Assembly (NCBI GenBank): GCA_964535725.1
Contig: CAZHUN010000009.1
Location: 1 to 35,606 of the forward strand
Length of the DNA: 35,606 nucleotides
Direction: 5' to 3'
From: an uncultured archaeon
Lineage (GTDB): Archaea > Iainarchaeota > Iainarchaeia > Iainarchaeales > UBA10191
The position numbers were made by a program, and so were the translations under genes. Below, piece by piece: positions 8,567-14,903 of the stretch. Position 1 is the first letter of the stretch. Each line of letters opens with the position of its first letter. The notes below the pieces were generated by a model. That model did not search any database, was not told the DNA's origin, and saw only the letters and a list, made by a program, of their open reading frames with translations.

Positions 8567-10261
8567 TTACGAGTGGGCATACCATAACTGTACGACGCGT
8601 TCTCCCATCCTGTCAATCCTACAATAGCCGAAGTGTTCTAACAATACGGTTTCGCTTTCTTTCAAGGTTTGGACGGCCTTTTCCAAAATTCCCAATTTTT
8701 TGCTACCGTCCGGCATGAAAATTTCGGCATCCAAAAACTCCCCTTCCAACAACCATGGCAGAATTTCTTTGTTGATTTTTCCAATGCCCACATATTCGGC
8801 CAATACGGCTCCTTTTTCTTTTTCGCCTTTTTTCACGTTCCACGCGTGCGAGAGGCGAAACACTTCTCCCTTTTTGACTTTTTTCAGTCCTTCTTCTGGA
8901 ACCAAAAACCGTTGTTGTCCTTCTTGCAACTCGTACGCTTTTTCTCCCTTTTCCGGAAATTCTTCGTTCCACGGAATGCACGCGACAAACTTCTTGCAAA
9001 ATTGGACGTCGAGTTTGGAGGGTTTTTCGAAAAACGTCAGTCTCGGGCTTTTCGAGTCGATGATTTTTCGATTCGCAGCATACAACGCGTCGATGGAAAG
9101 CGTAGCATCGTTCGGGTTGATTCCCAACGCGAGAATGGTTTCCTTAATCGCTTCTGCAGAAATGCCTCTCCGTCGCAAGTTTTCAATGCTTCCGATTCTG
9201 GGATCGTCAAACCCGGAAAACTCGCCCTCTTCCACTTTCTTTTTGATTTTGCTCTTTCCCAATTCCATTCCTTGGAGTTTGATCCTTCCCGTGTGAATTG
9301 CGTGTGGGTATTTCCAACTCATATAATCGTACAAATATTTTTGTTTGGTCGCGTTTTGCGCGTGTTCCTGTCCTCGGATGATCAACGTGATTCCCATTTC
9401 GTGGTCGTCTATTGCAGAAGCGAAATTGTACGAAGGCCAGACGTGCTTGTCTTTCACTTTTGGGTGTTCCACTTTGTCCACCACTTTGGCCATGAACCAG
9501 TCGCGAACCGAAGGGTCTTTGTGGTGCAAGTCGGTTTTCAACACGACAATCGCCTGGCCTTCTTTCAGCTCGTGGTTCAGCATTTTCTGGAACGCTTCCA
9601 ACTGCTTGTCCGCGTCCAATTCGCGGTGAGGGCAGGCTTTTTGTTGCTTTTTGAGTTCCCTCCACACTTCGCCCTTGCACGTACAAACGTACGCGTTTCC
9701 TTGCACGAGCAGTTTTCGAATGTGCGTATAATATACTTCCAAACGCTTGGAAGCGATTTCCACTCCGTCAATCTTGCACCCCAACCAGTGCAAGTCCAGT
9801 TCGAAAATTTCTAACGCGTTTTCCACGGACTTTTTGATCTTGGGATCGGTATCGTCAAGGCGCAGGAAAAATTTTCCCCCGTACAAGCGCGCGTATTCTG
9901 CGCTCAACAATGCGGCGCGCGCATGTCCGAAGTGCATGCTTCCGCTGGGATTGGGGGCAAATCTGGTCACGACCGGCTCTTCCGAAGCCCATCCCAATTC
10001 AGGAAGGCCATCTCGTTGCGGTCGCGCTTTCAACTCGTAAGAGTCTTCCAAGCGCTTGTAATGCTTTTCGAGCTCTTCGAATGGCATGGCGTTGACTTGG
10101 TCGACCATGGCCTTGATTTTTGGAATTTCTTTCACCAAAACAATGTCCTTGTGTAACGCTGCCACTTTGCCGATGACGGCACCCAAATCCGCAATGCCAT
10201 TGTGCACGAACGCGTTTTTCACCGCATAGCGAAAGGCAGTGTCTTCTATTGGAGAAACCAT
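8567..10261 (-). CDS. gltX: glutamyl-tRNA synthetase, archaeal type
   Basis: 564 aa. FAPNPSGSMHFGHARAAL (HIGH-type motif), LGKSKIKK (KMSKS-like), and an archaeal/eukaryal GluRS anticodon-binding C-terminus. Confidence 0.9.
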   Translation of the reverse strand: MVSPIEDTAFRYAVKNAFVHNGIADLGAVIGKVAALHKDIVLVKEIPKIKAMVDQVNAMPFEELEKHYKRLEDSYELKARPQRDGLPELGWASEEPVVTRFAPNPSGSMHFGHARAALLSAEYARLYGGKFFLRLDDTDPKIKKSVENALEIFELDLHWLGCKIDGVEIASKRLEVYYTHIRKLLVQGNAYVCTCKGEVWRELKKQQKACPHRELDADKQLEAFQKMLNHELKEGQAIVVLKTDLHHKDPSVRDWFMAKVVDKVEHPKVKDKHVWPSYNFASAIDDHEMGITLIIRGQEHAQNATKQKYLYDYMSWKYPHAIHTGRIKLQGMELGKSKIKKKVEEGEFSGFDDPRIGSIENLRRRGISAEAIKETILALGINPNDATLSIDALYAANRKIIDSKSPRLTFFEKPSKLDVQFCKKFVACIPWNEEFPEKGEKAYELQEGQQRFLVPEEGLKKVKKGEVFRLSHAWNVKKGEKEKGAVLAEYVGIGKINKEILPWLLEGEFLDAEIFMPDGSKKLGILEKAVQTLKESETVLLEHFGYCRIDRMGERVVQLWYAHS

Positions 10262-10284
10262 GTTCGAGAATTAGGTTGGGGGAG

Positions 10285-10292
10285 TTTTAAAG
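10285..10292 (-). promoter_or_regulatory. TATA-like box for gltX (leaderless geometry)
   Basis: Minus-sense CTTTAAAA, centred about 27 nt upstream of ATG 10261. No SD lies between them. Confidence 0.4.
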
Positions 10293-10496
10293 CGTTGGCC
10301 TCGGCAAGCGTTTTTCGACTTTTGGTTGATATTCTATTTTCCCTTTCTTTTTCATCTCGGCAATCAATCTTCTGAGCTTTATTTTTTGGCTTTTGCTCTT
10401 AAGCTGATTCTCGGTCACTCTTCGTGAAAGCAAATCACGTTGTGCCGCTTCCCTCAATTTCAACCGCATTCCAGCAGTCGTTGGCTTTTTAATCAT
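10287..10496 (-). CDS. hypothetical small basic protein (69 aa)
   Basis: ATG 10496 is preceded by the strong SD AAGGAGGAAAAAA and lies 11 nt after the upstream regulator's stop. K/R-rich, helical-looking sequence (MIKKPTTAGMRLKLREAAQRDLL...). No family recognised. Confidence 0.5.
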   Translation of the reverse strand: MIKKPTTAGMRLKLREAAQRDLLSRRVTENQLKSKSQKIKLRRLIAEMKKKGKIEYQPKVEKRLPRPTL

Positions 10497-10507
10497 TTTT
10501 TTCCTCC

Positions 10508-11281
10508 TTATTTTTGCCCGCTCACGTGGTCGAAGTATTTTTGCAAGGCATTGGCCATGGCTTTGTTGTTGTTCCAAATCGTGAAATGGTATTCGGGGCG
10601 TTGTTTGGAAAAATCCGAAAGTCCGAGAATGACTTTCTTGCCGTCGATAATGTAGGCATTCAACCCGTGGTCGTTTTCTTTCCACAATACTCCGGCATCT
10701 TGCAACATGCGTGCAGCCGGGTGGCTTTTGGACACCATTTTGACGGAAATTTTCTTTTTGATGGCGTTGTGCAAGGCTTCTTTCAACGTGTCGTTCCCCT
10801 CGTCGAGCTTGGAAAACGCAACAACGGTTTCTTTGGCGTTTCCGATTTCTTGGGCGAGAATGCGGTTGAAATCCTGCTTGTCTTTGACTTTCATGACTTT
10901 TTCGCCGTCTTCTTCTTGCAATCCTTCAAACCCTTCCACGAGCGACTTCAATTCCGTGCTCTTTTCTTCCAAGGCTTTTACTTCTTCTTTTTTGCGCTTG
11001 ACCAAAATATCCAATGCTTCTTTGGGCTCTACCACGCGATACTTTTTGGGTCGGCCGAAAATTTCAATCACAAGGCCTTTTTTGGTTAGCCGGTCTAAAA
11101 CATCGTACACGCGGGTTTTGGGAACTTGGGCGATTCGAGAAATTTCGGGAGCTTCGGTTTCTTTTAATTTGAACAAGGTAGAAAGAGTTTTGGCTTCGTA
11201 TTCTGTCAATCCCAAATCTGCCAGAAATTGCACGATTTCGGCGTGAAATTGGGGCACGTTTCCATTACTTTTCGAAGCCAT
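10508..11281 (-). CDS. TrmB-family transcriptional regulator
   Basis: N-terminal winged helix (LGLTEYEAKTLSTLFKL.E.EAPEISRIAQVPKTRVYDVLDRLTKKGLV), then a coiled coil and a C-terminal domain. Start set at ATG 11281; the track start at 11287 is a TTG. Confidence 0.85.
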   Translation of the reverse strand: MASKSNGNVPQFHAEIVQFLADLGLTEYEAKTLSTLFKLKETEAPEISRIAQVPKTRVYDVLDRLTKKGLVIEIFGRPKKYRVVEPKEALDILVKRKKEEVKALEEKSTELKSLVEGFEGLQEEDGEKVMKVKDKQDFNRILAQEIGNAKETVVAFSKLDEGNDTLKEALHNAIKKKISVKMVSKSHPAARMLQDAGVLWKENDHGLNAYIIDGKKVILGLSDFSKQRPEYHFTIWNNNKAMANALQKYFDHVSGQK

Positions 11282-11325
11282 AATCAAAAGCCTTTTTTCC
11301 TTCTCTTCCCCAAATACAATCTTTT

Positions 11326-11355
11326 ACTGTTTACAGTTAAACTGTTTACAGTTAA
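11326..11355. promoter_or_regulatory. tandem duplicated palindromic 15-mer (candidate operator) in the TrmB-family regulator promoter
   Basis: ACTGTTTACAGTTAA repeated twice exactly (11326-11340 and 11341-11355). Each copy contains the palindrome ACTGT-TT-ACAGT. Lies 45-74 nt upstream of ATG 11281 and abuts a TTTTTATTAA TATA-like stretch. Confidence 0.5.
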
Positions 11356-11414
11356 TAAAAAGCTTTCGGTCTTTTTTCGAACGGTTTCGGGTTTAAAATG
11401 CAAGAAAAAGCGGG

Positions 11415-12287
11415 TTATGTTTCACTTTTTTGATCGCTCGCCTTTTTTTCGACAGCAGGCGCGGTTTGGGAAGCAGCAGCAGAAGAAGATAAAGATGAAG
11501 TAGTAGAAGAGGGAGTAGTCGGGTTCGTACTGTCTCCGCGCGGGTTGGAATAACTGGAAAACCGGTCTGTCCTGCCGCCAAAAGACCGAAAGGGTCTATG
11601 GCCAAACCGTCCGCCTTTTCCTTTCAAGCGCCGGCCGGCTTCTTCTTCTTGAATGTCGGCTTCTGTTAGTTTGTATTCAAAATCTTCCACGTTTTCTTTA
11701 AAGTCGTCGTCTTTGGAAATCGTTCCGCGCGCTTTTAACACTTCTCGCGCCAAGAGCCAGTATACGAGTGCGAGGCTTTTTCGTCCCTTGTTGTTGATGG
11801 GAATGACCAAATTCACGTGCTTGGTGGAATTGTTCGTGCTGCACAAGGCAATGACCGTGGCTTTGACCGCTGCAGCTTCGTTGACGGCTTGTCCGTCAGA
11901 ATCCGGTTCGGAAACCACGACGATTTTGGGTTCGACAAAGCGCTTGTTGTTCGAATTGGTGAAAGTTCCGGGAATGAATCTTCCCACAATGCTTTTCGCT
12001 CCAATGGCATCGGCAAACTTTTTGGCCGGAGTTTGACCATACAGTTTTCGCGAAACCACCATAATTCTATCAGCAGGAAGTTCGGCAATCATTTTGGCCG
12101 CGGCGGCAATGCGTTGGTCTGTGATTTGAATGTCCAACACTTTCAAACCGTCCGAACGCTGTTTGTAAATGTACGGTTTCATGTCTCCCGACTTGAAACG
12201 CGTGCCAATGTGGGCTCCAGTTTTCAAATACCGTTCTGTCGGAATGAGAACGGTTTTGGCGATGATTTCTTCTTGTTCGTTTTGCAT
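11415..12287 (-). CDS. rps2: 30S ribosomal protein S2 with RGG/Ser-rich C-terminal tail
   Basis: GAHIGT, VVSR..YGQ and DGQAVNEA..V..TVIALCSTN core. 290 aa, with about 75 extra C-terminal residues. Confidence 0.92.
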   Translation of the reverse strand: MQNEQEEIIAKTVLIPTERYLKTGAHIGTRFKSGDMKPYIYKQRSDGLKVLDIQITDQRIAAAAKMIAELPADRIMVVSRKLYGQTPAKKFADAIGAKSIVGRFIPGTFTNSNNKRFVEPKIVVVSEPDSDGQAVNEAAAVKATVIALCSTNNSTKHVNLVIPINNKGRKSLALVYWLLAREVLKARGTISKDDDFKENVEDFEYKLTEADIQEEEAGRRLKGKGGRFGHRPFRSFGGRTDRFSSYSNPRGDSTNPTTPSSTTSSLSSSAAASQTAPAVEKKASDQKSET

Positions 12288-12292
12288 TTTTT

Positions 12293-12487
12293 TTACACCT
12301 GGTATTTCATGACCAAATCAATGAGTTCGACGTGGGCAAAGAGTGTGCGCCTGCAGCAATACCGCGAAATTCCCAAATTGTCCAGCACTTTTTCCGGATC
12401 CTCTTTTTTTTGAACGCGCTTGACAAACTCTTCATAATGGTCTGCTACTGGCTTCCCGCAACTAAAACATCTCATGGGTACAATCAT
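12293..12487 (-). CDS. rpoN: DNA-directed RNA polymerase subunit N (Rpo10)
   Basis: [14 protein letters not shown]...RYCCRR zinc motif. SD GAGGTGG lies 6 nt upstream of ATG 12487; the track start GTG 12496 lies in the SD. Confidence 0.9.
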   Translation of the reverse strand: MIVPMRCFSCGKPVADHYEEFVKRVQKKEDPEKVLDNLGISRYCCRRTLFAHVELIDLVMKYQV

Positions 12488-12497
12488 TTCTTCCACC

Positions 12498-12938
12498 TCA
12501 CCTGTACGACAATTGCCTCTTCTTTCTCGCGCCTCTTCCCAAGGGCTTCTTGGCTTCTTTTCTGCGCGGATCGTCTACCAACAACATTCTATCGTAATGC
12601 ATCATCTTGTCTTTCAGCTTTTTGTCGTTGCTGTATTCGACCAACGCTTTTGCAATGGACGCCCGCGAAGCAACGGCTTGCGCCATGGCTCCGCCGCCCG
12701 AAGCGACGACTTCAATATCCGTTGCCTCGCTGACTTCGGGCGCCAAATGCAAGGGCTCTTCGATGAATGCGCGAACATATTCGGGGGTGAACAATTTCAA
12801 ATTCAATTTGTTAATCGTCACTCTTCCTTTTCCGGCTTTGATTTTGGCACGCGCGACTGCGTTTTTTTTCTTCGCTTTCGTAATGATTCCCTTTGCTTTT
12901 CGGCGCCTTTTTTTCACAACAACAACTTGTTCGGTCAT
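12498..12938 (-). CDS. rps9: 30S ribosomal protein S9
   Basis: C-terminal GGGAMAQA...[12 protein letters not shown] 12938 has SD GGTGGA and abuts the L13 stop; the longer track ORF is out of context. Confidence 0.92.
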   Translation of the reverse strand: MTEQVVVVKKRRRKAKGIITKAKKKNAVARAKIKAGKGRVTINKLNLKLFTPEYVRAFIEEPLHLAPEVSEATDIEVVASGGGAMAQAVASRASIAKALVEYSNDKKLKDKMMHYDRMLLVDDPRRKEAKKPLGRGARKKRQLSYR

Positions 12939-13369
12939 GCTTCCACCTTCGCGCCCAACAATTTCGAAATTTCGGCAATCTTCCACGTCTTTCCCGAAAC
13001 GCTTTTTCCCGCTTCTGCCAACTTTTTCAACTCTTTTCCTTGAAATTGTACTGGAACTCCCACATAAATGCGCAATCGCTTCAACGCGTCTCTCCCGCGT
13101 TGCCTGTGATATGGCAACATGGTGCGGATCGAATAGCGGACAATCCTGTCCGGCATGCGCGAATACTTTGGCCCTTTTCGCGGGTTTCCCTTTGCATGGC
13201 GGTCCACGCGCACTCGAAAACGGTTCAACACATTTTCTTTGTTTCCCGAAACGACCGCCTTTTCGCAATTGACGATTGCGATGGATTCTCCTTGCAGCAA
13301 GCGTTTGGCCACTTCGCTGCCCATTCTTCCGAGTGTTGCATCGCTCGCGTCAATCATTTCCCACGTCAT
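12935..13369 (-). CDS. rpl13: 50S ribosomal protein L13
   Basis: IDASDATLGRMGSEVAKRLLQGE.I.IVNCEKAVVSG. ATG 13369 forms an ATGA overlap with the L18e stop. Confidence 0.92.
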   Translation of the reverse strand: MTWEMIDASDATLGRMGSEVAKRLLQGESIAIVNCEKAVVSGNKENVLNRFRVRVDRHAKGNPRKGPKYSRMPDRIVRYSIRTMLPYHRQRGRDALKRLRIYVGVPVQFQGKELKKLAEAGKSVSGKTWKIAEISKLLGAKVEA

Positions 13370-13734
13370 GCGCACCACACCATTTCTTTCGGCGATATTT
13401 TTTCTTTCAACGCTTCTTCGATCGTCCACGCTTTTCCTTTTCCCTCTTCAATCGCTTTCTTCGCGCCTTTCGAATATTCAAACGCAACCACTTTTATCGC
13501 TTCTTCGAGTTTTTCATTGCCCAACACTTTTCCGGCAACGAGCACGATTTTTCCCTTGTACAATGCCGACACTTTTTGCACGCGCGACACATTGACAGAG
13601 ACTCGCTTTCGCGTGGGTGCGCGAATTTTTTCGGCCAATTTCGTCCACAGTTTGACTTTTTCCTTGCGGCCTTTGCGCTCGAGCGCATTCGCCAGCACGA
13701 TCGTGCTTTTCTTTCTCGGACCCGTTCGTTTCAT
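13366..13734 (-). CDS. rpl18e: 50S ribosomal protein L18e
   Basis: MKRTGPRKKSTIVLANALERKG... core. Start set at ATG 13734, since the longer track ORF would run through the tRNA gene. Confidence 0.9.
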   Translation of the reverse strand: MKRTGPRKKSTIVLANALERKGRKEKVKLWTKLAEKIRAPTRKRVSVNVSRVQKVSALYKGKIVLVAGKVLGNEKLEEAIKVVAFEYSKGAKKAIEEGKGKAWTIEEALKEKISPKEMVWCA

Positions 13735-13768
13735 CTTTTTCACTTTTTTCAATTTTTCTTTTTTCGCC

Positions 13769-13787
13769 GGCCTTTTCTCAAAAGGCC
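13769..13787 (-). other. 8-bp hairpin immediately 3' of tRNA-Leu
   Basis: GGCCTTTT-GAG-AAAAGGCC, 4 nt after the discriminator base, followed by an A-rich leader to rpl18e. Possible 3' processing or terminator structure. Confidence 0.4.
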
Positions 13788-13791
13788 GAAG

Positions 13792-13935
13792 TGCAGGGGG
13801 AGAGATTCGAACTCTCGAAGGCACTAAGCCGCCAGATCTCTTCAACTTTTTTTCGCCAACTTTTCCGCAAACGCTTTTTGCGCAGCAAAAAGGGTTTCTT
13901 AAGTCTGGTGCGTTTGACCACTCCGCCACCCCTGC
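13792..13935 (-). tRNA. tRNA-Leu (anticodon UAA) with about 60-nt intron at position 37/38
   Basis: Hand fold. Acceptor GCAGGGG/CCCCTGC plus discriminator A; D-arm GCGGAGTGGTCAAACGC; anticodon stem CCAGA/TCTGG with loop CU-UAA-G|intron|A; 15-nt variable arm; T-arm GAGAG-TTCGAAT-CTCTC. No encoded CCA. Intron is about 13838-13897. Both splice sites sit in AG|A bulges separated by a 4-position helix (CUUA/GAAG, 3 Watson-Crick pairs plus one A.G) and flanked by AAC/GUU, i.e. a relaxed BHB. Confidence 0.85.
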
Positions 13936-14040
13936 AACCATTGCGTAGGTTGGGTTCGCGTGCCATTTTCAATGGCACTTGCTTCGCCCGACCGTTGGCC
14001 GGTCGATGACGCATCCGTCACGGGTTCTTCGAACCCGCAT
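13936..14040 (-). ncRNA. structured about 100-nt leader or small RNA between a TATA-like box and tRNA-Leu (four consecutive hairpins)
   Basis: Hairpins at 14021-14037 (CGGGTTC/GAACCCG), 14007-14020 (TGACG/CGTCA), 13989-14005 (CGACCG/CGGTCG) and 13960-13978 (GTGCCATT/AATGGCAC). No ORF. Confidence 0.35.
13987..14017 (+). repeat. copy 1 of a 31-34 nt near-identical direct repeat
   Basis: CCCGACCGTTGGCCGGTCGATGACGCATCCG, compared with copy 2 CCCGCGACCGTTGCGCCGGTCGATGACGCGTCCG at 34923-34956. The differences are two small indels and one substitution. Confidence 0.85.
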
Positions 14041-14061
14041 AAAGATTGCGTGCACGGGATG

Positions 14062-14069
14062 TTTTAAAG
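14062..14069 (-). promoter_or_regulatory. TATA-like box upstream of the structured leader and tRNA-Leu
   Basis: Minus-sense CTTTAAAAC, the same 9-mer as the gltX box, 11 nt after the rpoD stop. Confidence 0.4.
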
Positions 14070-14080
14070 TGTCTAGGCCT

Positions 14081-14833
14081 TCATAACTTGTTCAATGCTT
14101 TTTTGAATTCCTCCATCTTTTCTTGCAAGATTCCAATCGACTTTTGCACGATTTCTTCGTTTTCCAATTGTCCGAAACTTTCCACAACCAACAAAAACTC
14201 GGAATCGCTCACGTGGAGTTGAATGTTTTGCGCTCCGCTTGCGTCTACACAGGCAGCGCATGCGTCGCATGCCAGCGCGTCAATCAACACGACTTTTTTC
14301 CCTTTTTTTTCCAAAATGTGTTTGGGACAGGCTTTGACGGCCTCTTCTCCGACTTGGTCGGAAATCGTCAAGTCTGTTGTAGGACGATAGGATACCAGAG
14401 CGGGCGTCCATTTGGCGTGGGTTTTTCCTTGTCCCATGACGGCTTTCAATTCCAAGCGAACTTTTTGGGTTTTGGTGAGTTTGACCAAGGGAGCGTTTCC
14501 GACCACTTTGACTTTCGGGTCTTTGCTTTTGATGTCGCGCGAGTAAACGACTCCGGGACCTTCTTTTTCCAACGTGAGCGTAATGCTGTCCCCAAGTGCA
14601 TAACTTTTCAAGTCTGTCGTGAGGGGAACCAACGCCAGTCGTTGTCCCAAAAATTCGTCGAACAAGAGAGAGTCGTTTTCCGAAATCGTGATTTCTTCGA
14701 TGGCGAGCGTGGGAACTTGCGAGATGATCGTGCGTCGAATCGAATTCAACAACGGAATGCTGACATTCTTGACCAAATATTTGGTGACATTGTCTTTGCT
14801 TTCCAACACTTTTACGCTAACTTCTTTCGTCAT
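14081..14833 (-). CDS. rpoD: DNA-directed RNA polymerase subunit D (Rpo3)
   Basis: NSIRRTIISQVPTLAIEE..I..N.S.L.DE.L..RL.L.PL, plus a Cys cluster (ACPK...CDACAACV). Start set at ATG 14833. Confidence 0.9.
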   Translation of the reverse strand: MTKEVSVKVLESKDNVTKYLVKNVSIPLLNSIRRTIISQVPTLAIEEITISENDSLLFDEFLGQRLALVPLTTDLKSYALGDSITLTLEKEGPGVVYSRDIKSKDPKVKVVGNAPLVKLTKTQKVRLELKAVMGQGKTHAKWTPALVSYRPTTDLTISDQVGEEAVKACPKHILEKKGKKVVLIDALACDACAACVDASGAQNIQLHVSDSEFLLVVESFGQLENEEIVQKSIGILQEKMEEFKKALNKL

Positions 14834-14903
14834 TATAGACACCTCCGATAGGAACCCAGGTTCCTATTACTTCCTATTTCTTCTTCAACTTCCCTTTTTT
14901 TTC
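14834..14903 (-). promoter_or_regulatory. conserved intergenic leader element, long form, variant hairpin (upstream of rpoD)
   Basis: Gene-sense: GAAAAAAAAGGGAAGTTGAAGAAGAAATAGGAAGTAATAGGAACCTGGGTTCCTATCGGAGGTGTCTATA-ATG. Confidence 0.8.

Noticed and set aside
10287-10685. 132-aa ORF overlapping the 3' end of the TrmB-family gene, and likewise 16381-16962 as a single 193-aa protein.
   Set aside because: The upstream parts are out-of-frame overlaps of well-supported genes. SD-preceded internal ATGs (10496; 16608 for L14e and 16940 for L34e) give products matching the expected families and junction geometry.
13366-13941. 191-aa ORF extending rpl18e upstream.
   Set aside because: Its N-terminal 69 codons run through the tRNA-Leu gene and its 3' hairpin. 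The canonical L18e sequence starts at ATG 13734.
14021-14037. GGGTTCGAAGAACCC, which looks like a tRNA T-arm and so might indicate a second tRNA or a tRNA fragment.
   Set aside because: The stem-loop geometry (7-bp stem, 3-nt loop) is wrong for a T-arm. No acceptor, D or anticodon arms can be built from the flanks.
14834-14842. MSIM / MSIV N-termini in the ORF track (rpoD 14842, rps28e 8061, rpl15 19351, rps17 25592, spt4 2282; MFPM for the surface protein at 34732).
   Set aside because: The apparent GTG start is the GGTG of the Shine-Dalgarno sequence in the conserved AGGTGTCTAT(A/T)ATG context. The real start is the ATG (GTG for spt4) 9 nt downstream.
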